Positions 21,347 to 30,583 of a DNA stretch of 50,115 bases are shown here, one piece after another; the first letter of the stretch is position 1, and every line of letters starts with the position of its first letter. Under the pieces are notes generated by a model. It made no database searches and was not told the DNA's origin. It saw nothing but the letters and a program-made list of their open reading frames with translations. This DNA comes from Bifidobacterium sp. UBA6881 (lineage in GTDB: Bacteria > Actinomycetota > Actinomycetes > Actinomycetales > Bifidobacteriaceae): assembly GCF_002451435.1 (NCBI RefSeq), contig NZ_DKCF01000020.1. One strand, given 5' to 3'. Made by a program: the position numbers and the translations under genes.

Positions 21347-22276
21347 TCAGACAACCGGCAGCACGGCATGCAGCACCGTCATGATGGCCAATCCGATGAC
21401 GGCGGTGACCGTCAGCGAGAATCCCGCGAGTTCGGCGTTGCCGGTCAACGAATCGGTGAACTTCGTGGAGAAGATCGTCACGGGCGCGAACGCGGCCAGC
21501 ACCACGATCTCCCGGACGCGCTCGTCAAGCGGCAGCAGGAACCATGCGGCCACCGCGATAATCACACCGAAGAACAGACGCCACATAATCACCTTGCCGA
21601 GTTCCGAACGGTCCTTGCGGTTGTCGGGAACCTCCATCATCAGGCCAATCATCGCCATGGCGGCGAACGCATTGGCGTTGGCGAACGGCGTGATCAGCGT
21701 GACGATCCATTTCGGCACCGTCAATCCGGCGAACATGAACACCAGCATGAGCATGTAGATGTCGAAGGAGATCGAGGAATAGAAGTCGTGCGCCACGTTC
21801 CTGATCTTCAGCGCCAACGGCAGGTTTTTGGTGGGGCTTCCCAGATGCAGCAACGACCGCGTGATGGTCAATGAGGCGGCCGTGGCGATGATGGCGTTGC
21901 CGATGTCCAGCATGATGACCGGCAGGCCGGCGCTCGGCCCCATGAAGGTCTGCACCACCGGCAGGCAGAACGCGCCGATGTTCAGTCCCGAGGCGTTGAG
22001 CATCTGGTACGCACGGTACCGCGGCTCGTCGCCGTGGGAACCAAGGAACACGATGAAAAGGGGAATCATGCAGGCGAACAGTCCGAATACGACCAGCCAC
22101 AGCAGATTCATCGGATGCTTGTTCGTGGCGAAGCTCATCACGATGGCGCAGGGCAGCGTGAGATTGAAGACGAGGCCCTGCACGACCTTGTAGGAATGTT
22201 TGTTGAAGATGTGGATGCGTTTGAGTATGTAGACGCTGATGATGACGAGCAGCAGGGAACCGGCTTGGAACAACAT
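21347..22276 (-). CDS. AEC (auxin efflux carrier / membrane transport) family permease
   Basis: About 10 TM helices, VFNLTLPCAI, NIGAFCLP, DIGNA. Start taken at ATG 22276, which looks leaderless. Confidence 0.82.
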   Translation of the reverse strand: MLFQAGSLLLVIISVYILKRIHIFNKHSYKVVQGLVFNLTLPCAIVMSFATNKHPMNLLWLVVFGLFACMIPLFIVFLGSHGDEPRYRAYQMLNASGLNIGAFCLPVVQTFMGPSAGLPVIMLDIGNAIIATAASLTITRSLLHLGSPTKNLPLALKIRNVAHDFYSSISFDIYMLMLVFMFAGLTVPKWIVTLITPFANANAFAAMAMIGLMMEVPDNRKDRSELGKVIMWRLFFGVIIAVAAWFLLPLDERVREIVVLAAFAPVTIFSTKFTDSLTGNAELAGFSLTVTAVIGLAIMTVLHAVLPVV

Positions 22277-22427
22277 GGGCTCGAGTATAGGAACGTCATT
22301 CGCGAATCGGGGGTTCGAAAACACTATGTGGTCATAATGGCCGCTGGCCACATAGCATTGAATGAGGCATCCACACCTTTAAATTTATCGAATGGCCGGC
22401 GGTCCCATGGCATCGTCACGCATAGCG

Positions 22428-22775
22428 CTATGCCTGCCATTGGCAAAGCGCCAAATCAACGCGCCATCCCCCATCGCCGGCATTGCCATTTGGCTTCGGC
22501 GCCACGAACGTCACGCCCTCGGATTCCAACAAGGCACGCTGAGCATTCGGGCCGCCGAAAGCGAAGCCCGGCGCCAAAGAACCGTCCCGGAACACCACGC
22601 GATGGCATGGAATCCTCCCCTGCTTCGGATTGGCATGCAACGCCAATCCCACCAGTCTCGCGCAACGCGGCGCGCCGATCAGCTCCGAGACCTGCCCATA
22701 CGTGGCGACCATGCCCCGCGGAATCTCGCACACCACCGCATATACGCGCTCATTAAACGATTGTTCTTCAGCCAT
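22428..22775 (-). CDS. MGMT/Ogt-family O6-alkylguanine DNA repair protein (single domain)
   Basis: IPRGMVATYGQV, ARLVG, IPCHRVV, QRALLESEG. Confidence 0.92.
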   Translation of the reverse strand: MAEEQSFNERVYAVVCEIPRGMVATYGQVSELIGAPRCARLVGLALHANPKQGRIPCHRVVFRDGSLAPGFAFGGPNAQRALLESEGVTFVAPKPNGNAGDGGWRVDLALCQWQA

Positions 22776-23010
22776 GGTTCCATTATGGGCGTTCAGGGTT
22801 GACTTTCATCCACATATCATGAGGGCGCGGCACGAATCACCGGCGTGCCGCCGAAGCCGCCCACAATTTTCCGCTGCGCATGCGGCTTGCCCACCGTAAG
22901 CCGAACAACGCGCTTAAGGACAGGTCTAGGAGCCATGGATGACGAGGTCATATGCATCTGATGGCGGAATTTAGGCGAATTGACTTGACGCGTTGCCGAC
23001 CGGAACACAT

Positions 23011-23051
23011 AAAGAAACCCACTACATCCGATTACGGATGTAGTGGGTTTC
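23011..23051 (-). terminator. Terminator downstream of glnA
   Basis: Perfect 17-bp stem GAAACCCACTACATCCG-ATTA-CGGATGTAGTGGGTTTC, followed by TTT on the minus strand. Confidence 0.85.
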
Positions 23052-23130
23052 CTATGGCCTAATAGGTGCAGTAGGCTATCCCGCTAATGCGCAAGACCTA
23101 CTGCCGACTATGTTTCCGCCTAAGCGCCTA

Positions 23131-24567
23131 TCAGATGTGGAAGTACAGCTCGTACTCCAGCGGGGTCGGGGCCAGACGAGCCTGGTCGATCTCGCCGCGC
23201 TTCAGGCTGATCCAAGTGTCGATCAGGTCCTCGGTGAAGACGTCGCCGGCGGTGAGGAAGTCGTGATCCTCTTCCAGAGCGTCCATGGCTTCGGCCAGAG
23301 AGCTCGGCACCTGCTTGATGCCCTCGTGCTCTTCCGGCGGCAGCTCGTAGAGGTCCTTGTCGACCGGTGCCGGAGGCTCGATGTGGTTCAGGATGCCGTC
23401 CAGGCCTGCCATCAGCTGAGCGGAGAAGGCGAGGAACGGGTTGCAGGACGGATCCGGAGCGCGGAACTCGATGCGCTTCGCAGCCGGGGAGGTGCCGGCC
23501 AGCGGAATACGGATGGCGGCGGAACGGTTACGAGCGGAGTACACCAGGTTGACCGGCGCTTCGTAGCCCGGGACCAGACGGTGGTAGGAGTTCAGGGACG
23601 GGTTGGTGAAGGCCAGCACGGAGGAAGAGTGCTTGATCAGGCCGCCGACGTACCAGCGGGCGAGGTCGGACAGACCACCGTAGTTCTTCTCGTCGTAGAA
23701 CAGCGGCTTGCCATCCTTCCACAGGGACTGGTGGCAGTGCATGCCGGTGCCGTTGTCGCCTGCGATCGGCTTCGGCATGAAGGTCGCGGCCTTGCCGGCG
23801 AGGGCAGCGGTCTCGTGGACGACGTACTTGTACTTCATCAGGTCGTCGCCTGCGTGCTGCAGGGTGTTGAAGCGGTAGTTGATCTCCTGCTGGCCGGCGC
23901 CTGCCACCTCGTGGTGGGAACGCTCGAGGATCAGACCGACCTTCTGCAGGTTGGCGACCATGTCGTCACGCAGGTCCTGGTTGTGGTCAACCGGCGGAAC
24001 CGGGAAGTAGCCCTTCTTGACGCGGTTCTTGAACGCGATGTTCGGGGTGCCGTCGTCTTCGGTGTCCACACCGGAGTTCCACGGAGCCTCGATGGAGTCC
24101 ACCTCGTAGAAGGAGCGGCGCATGCTGTTCTCGAAACGCACCTTGTCGAAGATGAAGAACTCGGCCTCAGGGGCGAAGGAGGCGGTGTCGGCGATGCCGG
24201 TGGACTTCAGGTAGGCCTCGGCCTTGCCTGCGACCTGACGCGGATCGCGGGAGTACGGCTCGTCGGTCAGCGGGTCGACGATGGAGAAGGCCACGTCGAG
24301 GGTCTTGTGCTTGCGGAACGGATCGACGAATGCGGTGGAAACGTCAGGCACCAGCTTCATGTCGGATTCGTTGATGGCCTGGAAACCTTCCACGGAGGAG
24401 CCATCGAACGGCATGCCGTCGGTGAAGGCGTCCTTCAGGAACTCGCTGGCCGGCACGGTGAAGTGCTGCTGAACACCGATCAGATCGGTGAAGCGGACGG
24501 AGACATATTCAATGCCTTCCTTGTTGATAAGGGCCTCAGCATCAGCCTTGGTTTCGAGTGCAGTCAC
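23131..24567 (-). CDS. glnA: Glutamine synthetase type I (beta type)
   Basis: [39 protein letters not shown], adenylylation-site [12 protein letters not shown] start with SD AAAGGAG. Confidence 0.98.
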   Translation of the reverse strand: MTALETKADAEALINKEGIEYVSVRFTDLIGVQQHFTVPASEFLKDAFTDGMPFDGSSVEGFQAINESDMKLVPDVSTAFVDPFRKHKTLDVAFSIVDPLTDEPYSRDPRQVAGKAEAYLKSTGIADTASFAPEAEFFIFDKVRFENSMRRSFYEVDSIEAPWNSGVDTEDDGTPNIAFKNRVKKGYFPVPPVDHNQDLRDDMVANLQKVGLILERSHHEVAGAGQQEINYRFNTLQHAGDDLMKYKYVVHETAALAGKAATFMPKPIAGDNGTGMHCHQSLWKDGKPLFYDEKNYGGLSDLARWYVGGLIKHSSSVLAFTNPSLNSYHRLVPGYEAPVNLVYSARNRSAAIRIPLAGTSPAAKRIEFRAPDPSCNPFLAFSAQLMAGLDGILNHIEPPAPVDKDLYELPPEEHEGIKQVPSSLAEAMDALEEDHDFLTAGDVFTEDLIDTWISLKRGEIDQARLAPTPLEYELYFHI

Positions 24568-24810
24568 GGGACCGCTCCTTTCGAATGGGTAATTCGAATA
24601 AGTAACTTACAGGCTCTTAGTCTAGGTTCGCGCATTTCGCGCACTCGCCACTTGGGTTACGAGAATGTTTCGTAATATCGTATTTCGCGTGCGATTTCGC
24701 ATAAAACAGGGGTTTGTGTGTTACGAATGTTCGTCAATCGCGTCTGAAAAGCGTTCATTTTGTGGACATTCGACTTTGACCGGCCTTCGTCGGCACCTTG
24801 TTCGTGAAAT

Positions 24811-24848
24811 CAAAAGACCCCGGCCGCATGCATTGCGGTCGGGGTCTT
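24811..24848 (-). terminator. Terminator downstream of the DUF4191 gene
   Basis: AAGACCCCGGCCGCA-TGCAT-TGCGGTCGGGGTCTT hairpin; T-run on the minus strand. Confidence 0.8.
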
Positions 24849-24885
24849 GAGGAAAGGTCCGCGTCGTCTCGGACGGCTTCGGACA

Positions 24886-25680
24886 TCAGCGTCCGCGCAT
24901 CGCGCGGCGGCTGATGCGCTGCGGATGCGTCGGATCGACGCCCTTGGGCAGATTCATGCCGTTTTTCATCTGCAGCGTGCGCAGACGATCGTTGAGGATG
25001 CTCAGCTCGGTCTTGGTGAGCACGAAACGGGTCCTCGGGTGGATGGCGGCGACCAGCTTGTTCTTGTGGTGGGTCGGCTCGTAGGTCTTGCACTTGAGGA
25101 TGGTCTTGCGCAGGTCCTTCAGACTGGTCTGGTTCTTGCCCTTGCCCACGTAGACGCGGTAGACCGGAATGTCGGAGCCTGCGGTGACGCCCTTGATGCT
25201 CTGTTCCTGACGGTCCATGCCACGCTTGACGCGGCCGTATTCGCCCTCGCCCAGCAGGTAGATGCCGTTGTATCCGGTGCCGCGCCAGATGGCGTCCTTG
25301 GTCTTCGGATCGACCCACACCGGCTCCTGCGGGAAGTTGAATCCGGCCTTGCTGATGTTGCCGAGCACGCTGATGGCGGCGCCCGGACGGCCTTCGAGCT
25401 TCGCATAACCGACCTTGTCGGCACGGTTGGTGAGCGTCATCGTGAACAGCAGCATGCCGATCATGATGGCGAGGATGATCGAGAAGATCCAGCCGATCAC
25501 CGACCACTTGAACACGATGCCGAGCACCACGAACACGACGATCGGGACGATGAAGGCCGCGGCGCACAGCCAAGGCAGCGCGCTGTCTTCCGCCTTGGTG
25601 TACTTGAAGATCTGGATGATCTGCTTGAGGGTGCTGTCCTTCTTCGCCTTTTTCTTCTTCTTTTCTTCTTTATCTGCCAT
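24886..25680 (-). CDS. DUF4191-family membrane protein
   Basis: Basic N-terminus, two TMs, EGRPGAA and LPKGVDP motifs; conserved actinobacterial position upstream of glnA. Confidence 0.88.
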   Translation of the reverse strand: MADKEEKKKKKAKKDSTLKQIIQIFKYTKAEDSALPWLCAAAFIVPIVVFVVLGIVFKWSVIGWIFSIILAIMIGMLLFTMTLTNRADKVGYAKLEGRPGAAISVLGNISKAGFNFPQEPVWVDPKTKDAIWRGTGYNGIYLLGEGEYGRVKRGMDRQEQSIKGVTAGSDIPVYRVYVGKGKNQTSLKDLRKTILKCKTYEPTHHKNKLVAAIHPRTRFVLTKTELSILNDRLRTLQMKNGMNLPKGVDPTHPQRISRRAMRGR

Positions 25681-25768
25681 CGATTTTCCTCACTTGGTTA
25701 TGCGATTTACACACACTGGGCATCAAGTCTATCAGTAACCCTGCCGGAAGGCGCATCGGCCGCTGCGC

Positions 25769-27250
25769 TCACCGGGTGTGCAATGGACGCCCGTCCGCTT
25801 TGAGCAGTCCTTCGCCGAGGGCTTCGCTGAACGTCGGATGCGGATGGATGAGACGCGCCGCGTCGGCGAGTGGCACGTGGTTGCCGACCAGCTGCTCGGC
25901 TTCCGCGATCAGATCGCTGGCGATGGGGCTGACGATATGCACGCCCAGCACGAGTTCCGTTTCGGGATCCGACGTGTACGCGCCGCTGACGATGGTCATG
26001 GACCCGCCCTCGCCGCTCATCAGCATGCGTGAGTTGGACAGCATCGGGTATGCGGTCTCCTTAGGATCGACAATGTCGTCCCGCAATTTCGCCTCGTCGA
26101 AGGTGAGTCCGACGCAGGCGGCCTCCGGGAAGGAGAACACGACCTGCGGCACCGTCTCCTCCAGCACGGGTTTTGGGTCGAGCCCAGCGATGCTTTCGGC
26201 GATGACGATGCCCTGCTCGAACGCCCTGTGCGCCAACGCGTGCCCCGCCGTGATGTCGCCCAGAGCCCAGATGGACGGGACATTCGTCCTGCCGTATTCG
26301 TCGGTTTCCACATAACCGCGTTCGTCGAGCACGATGCCATTCGACGTGAACCAGTCCGCATCGGTGTTCGGCAGGCGTCCGATCGCGGCAAGCACCACCT
26401 CGCCGTATGCGGTGCGTTCCTCGGAAGAACCGTTCTGCGTATAGTGCACGGTCGCGCCGAGGTTCACGCCGATGTCGACATGGGTGACCTTCGTGCGCGG
26501 CACGATGTTCACCCCTCGCCGCTTCAGCTCCCGCGTCAGCGTCATGGACGCGCGGCGCTCCCACGACGACAGCACGCGGTCCTTGCGGATGAGCAGGGTC
26601 ACGTCGCTTCCCGCCGCGTTCCACAGGGACGCGAATTCCAACGCCACAGCGCCCGCTCCGATGATCACCGCATTGGATGGAAACGTGTTCTGTTCCAAGG
26701 CCTGCGTGGAATCAATCAGCGCTCCGGAGAACGGATTGCCCGGCAAAGGCATCGGACGCGATCCCGTCGCCAGCACGATATCGTCGGCATGGATCGCAAG
26801 CGTGTCGTCCACGGGCTCCTCGACCCCCGCCTTCACGGAACGCGTCACCTGCGCCGCTCCCCCAGCGGGCGCGACCTGCACGGTATGGCCGTCGCGCAAG
26901 GCCGCCTCTCCGTGGAACACGGTGACGCCGCGATGCGCCAGCAGTCCGGCCAACCCTCTGGTCATGGTCTCGACGGTGGACGTGCGAAAATCGCGGAGTC
27001 TGCCGAAATCGATGCTTTGGATCTCGATGTTGATGCCGGTGCGTTTTGCCATGCGCGCGCTTTCCACTTGGTGCGCGGCGGTCAGCAGGGCCTTCGACGG
27101 GATGCAGCCGCGGTTGAGGCACGTGCCGCCAACCGTCGCGTCACGTTCGATGAGCGCCACCGATTTGCCGAGTTCCGCCGCTCTCAGCGCCGTGGAGTAC
27201 CCTCCCGGTCCGGCTCCGATGATGGCGATGTCGAAATGCTGTTCCGTCAT
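25769..27250 (-). CDS. lpdA: Dihydrolipoamide dehydrogenase-like pyridine nucleotide-disulfide oxidoreductase
   Basis: GAGPGGY, GGTCLNRGCIPSK, LATGS, LAHRA, HPTFSE; start uncertain (27250, 27262 or 27274). Confidence 0.85.
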   Translation of the reverse strand: MTEQHFDIAIIGAGPGGYSTALRAAELGKSVALIERDATVGGTCLNRGCIPSKALLTAAHQVESARMAKRTGINIEIQSIDFGRLRDFRTSTVETMTRGLAGLLAHRGVTVFHGEAALRDGHTVQVAPAGGAAQVTRSVKAGVEEPVDDTLAIHADDIVLATGSRPMPLPGNPFSGALIDSTQALEQNTFPSNAVIIGAGAVALEFASLWNAAGSDVTLLIRKDRVLSSWERRASMTLTRELKRRGVNIVPRTKVTHVDIGVNLGATVHYTQNGSSEERTAYGEVVLAAIGRLPNTDADWFTSNGIVLDERGYVETDEYGRTNVPSIWALGDITAGHALAHRAFEQGIVIAESIAGLDPKPVLEETVPQVVFSFPEAACVGLTFDEAKLRDDIVDPKETAYPMLSNSRMLMSGEGGSMTIVSGAYTSDPETELVLGVHIVSPIASDLIAEAEQLVGNHVPLADAARLIHPHPTFSEALGEGLLKADGRPLHTR

Positions 27251-27366
27251 GCTGCTCCTCATTGATTCACGCATGGTGCCTTCCGCGCTGCCGCATGACG
27301 CGCGGGAATCCGGCACCTTCTGAACTAACTACCCATGGTAGTGGCAGGTCGGTGACAACCGGACGG

Positions 27367-27400
27367 CAAACAAAAACCGCCGGCGAATGCCGACGGTTTC
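27367..27400 (-). terminator. Terminator downstream of the DUF3043 gene
   Basis: Minus strand AAACCGTCGGC-ATTC-GCCGGCGGTTT followed by TTGTTT. Confidence 0.7.
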
Positions 27401-27420
27401 CAAAACATCACGGCCGAGGA

Positions 27421-28020
27421 TCACTCCGGCCAGTGGCCGCGCTTCGGGTAGCGCGGCTTCGGCAGCCTCCAACGGCGCATCTGGATGGAACGGCTCCACG
27501 CATAGGAAGCGGACCGCATGCCCTTGGCGACGGACTTCTCACCGAACTTCTCGATGAGCTTCTTCTTGAGCTTGTGCCACATGACCGCGATGTCGATGAT
27601 GACCGCGAACAGGTACACGTACATGAGCATCATCAGCGGCAGGGACAGCACCGGCCACTTGTAGGTCACGATCACCGAGGCGATCAGGATGAGGAACGCC
27701 ACGGGGATGAAGAACTCGCCAAGGTTGAATCGCGCGTCGACGTAATCGCGGATGTACAGACGCCATGGCAGACGTTCGGATTTCGGCATGTGGTTGATGT
27801 CGCCGGTCTGCATGGCCTCGTATTCGGCGTTCTCGCGTTCGCGCAGGCGGGCCTTGGCGGCCTTGCGGCTGGCCTCGCGGTCCTTGGGAACGAGCGGACG
27901 CAGGTTCTGCGCCTGGGCGGCCTTGCGCTTCGGGGTCGGATGACCCTTGCCGGAGGTGGGCTCCTGCGCCTTCGTTTCGACCGGCTTTTGCGCCGGCTCT
28001 TCCTTCTTAAACAAACTCAT
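27421..28020 (-). CDS. DUF3043-family membrane protein
   Basis: GKGHPTPKRK, RDYVDARF, RRWRLPKP; two TMs; start at MSLFKK. Confidence 0.9.
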   Translation of the reverse strand: MSLFKKEEPAQKPVETKAQEPTSGKGHPTPKRKAAQAQNLRPLVPKDREASRKAAKARLRERENAEYEAMQTGDINHMPKSERLPWRLYIRDYVDARFNLGEFFIPVAFLILIASVIVTYKWPVLSLPLMMLMYVYLFAVIIDIAVMWHKLKKKLIEKFGEKSVAKGMRSASYAWSRSIQMRRWRLPKPRYPKRGHWPE

Positions 28021-28160
28021 GCCTATAGAGCGTAAGTTGACGTATCGACGCTGCATCGGCGTCCGGGCATACGTCTGCCACCGATTGAACGGGTTCCCTC
28101 GGACGGATACAATGACTATCGTTCATGGCAATTTCGATTCGTTCAATATCAAGGAGCGAT

Positions 28161-29525
28161 ATGGCAACTTCACGCACAGAGGAGATCCGCGCGCGCGTCG
28201 ACGCGGATTTCGACCGCATCGTCGACGTGCTCAACCGGAAGATCGCATTGCAATCGATTTCCGCGAAGGGCATCACCGCGGACCATATGAGGCGTTCCGC
28301 GGAATTCGTGGCCGACGAGCTCAGGAAGGTCGGCATCGACACCAAGGTGGTGCAGTCCCACAATCCCGACGGCACCCCGGGCGCCTGGGAGGTCATTGGC
28401 TCTCGCGTCGTCGCCGAAGACGCGCCGACCGTGCTGCTGTACGCGCATCACGACGTGCAGCCGGTGCCGGACGCCGGCGCATGGCACACCGATCCCTTCG
28501 TCGGCACGCAGGTCGGCGACCGTTTGTACGGACGCGGCTCCGCCGATGACGGCGGCGGCATCGCGATTCATTCCGGCGCGCTGAAGGCGCTGGGCGACGA
28601 GCTGAAGGTCAACATCAAGGTGTTCATCGAAGGCGAGGAGGAGATGGGCTCTCCGAGCTTCATCCCGTTCATCGAGGAGCACAAGGACGAGTTCGATTCC
28701 GATGTGATCATCGTGGCGGATTCGGGCAATTGGTCCGCGGAGATTCCGTCGCTGACCACGTCGTTGCGCGGCAACACCGTTCTCGACGTGCATGTCAAGG
28801 CGCTGAGCCACCCCGTGCATTCCGGCCAGTACGGCGGTCCGATCCTCGACGCCAACACGCTCGCCGCGATGCTGATCGCCTCCATCTACGACGAGAACGG
28901 CGACGTGAACGTTCCCGGCGTCGCCAGCGAGGAGCCGGTCGGCGGCCTGCAGCGCGATCTGGACGAGGCCACCGTGCGCGCGGATGCCGGCATCGTCGAT
29001 TCCTACAGGCTCGCGGGCACCGGATCGCTGGCCTCCCGTCTGTGGACCAAGCCGAGCGTCACCGTCATCGGCTTTGACGCGCATCCCGTGGAGGGCTCCT
29101 TCAATGTGATCTCCCCCGAGACCACGTTCCGTCTGAGCCTGCGCACCGCGCCGAACCAGCGTCCGGAAGACGCCCAGGACGCTCTGGCCAGGTTCCTGGT
29201 GGAGCATGCGCCGTTCGGCGCCGAGGTCAGTGTAGACAAGCTCGACAACGGCATGGGCTGGGCCATGGATCCGAACGCCGTGGCCACCAAGGACGCCATG
29301 GAGGCCATGGAAGAGGCGTTCGGCGTGGCACCGGTCAACAAGGGTGAGGGCGGTTCCATTCCGTTCATTCCGGAACTGCAGCGCATCTTCCCGCACGCCC
29401 AGGTGCTGGTCACCGGACCGGAGGACCCGAAGGCCAACGCGCACAGCCCGAACGAGTCCATCAGCCTTCCGGGCTTGAAGGGCAATGTGATCACCGAGGC
29501 GCTGCTGCTCGACAAGCTCGCCTGA
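28161..29525 (+). CDS. M20-family dipeptidase / amidohydrolase
   Basis: YAHHDVQP, YGRGSADD, EGEEEMGS, HSGQYGG, GGSIP, AHSPNES; SD AAGGAG. Confidence 0.93.
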   Translation: MATSRTEEIRARVDADFDRIVDVLNRKIALQSISAKGITADHMRRSAEFVADELRKVGIDTKVVQSHNPDGTPGAWEVIGSRVVAEDAPTVLLYAHHDVQPVPDAGAWHTDPFVGTQVGDRLYGRGSADDGGGIAIHSGALKALGDELKVNIKVFIEGEEEMGSPSFIPFIEEHKDEFDSDVIIVADSGNWSAEIPSLTTSLRGNTVLDVHVKALSHPVHSGQYGGPILDANTLAAMLIASIYDENGDVNVPGVASEEPVGGLQRDLDEATVRADAGIVDSYRLAGTGSLASRLWTKPSVTVIGFDAHPVEGSFNVISPETTFRLSLRTAPNQRPEDAQDALARFLVEHAPFGAEVSVDKLDNGMGWAMDPNAVATKDAMEAMEEAFGVAPVNKGEGGSIPFIPELQRIFPHAQVLVTGPEDPKANAHSPNESISLPGLKGNVITEALLLDKLA

Positions 29526-29627
29526 CACAGCTTCCCCGTTCGCCGCGCGGCGTTGCGATGACGCCAGACATAAGCCAGACATAATGGGGGAAGACGATGT
29601 GACGGCGGATGACCACCCCCGCCGCAT

Positions 29628-29681
29628 ATAACGTAATCGGCTGGTGCCACGAATGTTCGTGGCACCAGCCGATTACGTTAT
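29628..29681. repeat. Perfect 26-bp inverted repeat with a 2-nt loop between convergent genes
   Basis: ATAACGTAATCGGCTGGTGCCACGAA-TG-TTCGTGGCACCAGCCGATTACGTTAT. Confidence 0.95.
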
Positions 29682-29739
29682 GGAATCCGATTGCCGAAGT
29701 CCGGTCGGAGGAATTCCCCGTACCGGGCTTCCCAAGCGG

Positions 29740-30582
29740 TCAGGATGCGGTGTTGCTGAACGCCCAATTCCAGTAGCCGGTACGGTAGGCGGCGTACAGC
29801 GCGATCGCCGGCACGGCCACGCAGATCGCGTAAAACACCCAATCGACCGCATGCAGCTTCGACTCGCGCGCCTGGCTGCGTGGCGCGTCCGAGCCGAATC
29901 CACGGGCCTCCATCGCCGTGGCGAGTTTCGTGCCACGGCGGATCGAAACGACCAGCAGGCTGAACGCCTGGGAGAACACGCGTTTGATGGCGCTGCCATC
30001 GCCTAATCCACGGGAACGCCGCGACTGCCCAAGCGCGCGCCAGTCATCCTGCAGCAACGTGAACATGCGCATGCCGGCCAGACCGCCGTAGACGAATCGC
30101 GACGGCAGATGCAGAATCTGCACCAATCCGTCGGCCAAATCGGTCGGATCGAGTCCAAGCGCGAGAATCACACCCGGCACGGCGATCGCCGCGACACGCA
30201 GAAACGTGGCGGCGGCGAGATATACCGACCCCTGGGAGACCACGATAAAACCGAAGTCGGCCAACACCGTTCCCGAAGTCTTGCCGTACAGGGAAACGGA
30301 GATGAAGCTTCCCGCGGCGGCAATCCACACCGGCCAGGTCTTGCGCAATACCGTCCATGGGGCCAATCCGCCGATCCACAGCAGCAGCATCTCCAAGCCG
30401 AAGGCCACGGATGCGGAAACGACGTCGAGCGTGAAGAACATCGGAATGCACAGTATCAATGCGCCGATGAACCGGCTCACCGGATTGATTTTCGCGATGA
30501 ACCACGACGGCGATGCAGCTTTGGCCACTTCGTGACGCTTCGCGTGCGGCACCACATTGATGGTTTCCATCTGTTCGGCCAT
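29740..30582 (-). CDS. ECF transporter transmembrane T component (YkoC-like)
   Basis: Multiple TMs, RRSRG and AMEARGF XRX motifs. Confidence 0.92.
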   Translation of the reverse strand: MAEQMETINVVPHAKRHEVAKAASPSWFIAKINPVSRFIGALILCIPMFFTLDVVSASVAFGLEMLLLWIGGLAPWTVLRKTWPVWIAAAGSFISVSLYGKTSGTVLADFGFIVVSQGSVYLAAATFLRVAAIAVPGVILALGLDPTDLADGLVQILHLPSRFVYGGLAGMRMFTLLQDDWRALGQSRRSRGLGDGSAIKRVFSQAFSLLVVSIRRGTKLATAMEARGFGSDAPRSQARESKLHAVDWVFYAICVAVPAIALYAAYRTGYWNWAFSNTAS

Positions 30583-30583
30583 G

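Noticed and set aside
20691..22276. LOG (cytokinin-activating) next to AEC (auxin efflux carrier) as a phytohormone system
   Set aside because: The genes are convergent, not an operon. Both family names come from plant members, and bacterial homologues are generic nucleotide hydrolases and organic-acid transporters.
22776..23010. 235-bp intergenic region as an sRNA or small ORF (22817-23008)
   Set aside because: No convincing SD, promoter-terminator pair or known motif. Cannot be supported from sequence alone.
29644..30006. Small ORFs both beginning MPRxFVAPADYV on opposite strands (29644+ and 29665-)
   Set aside because: Artefact of the perfect palindrome at 29628-29681.
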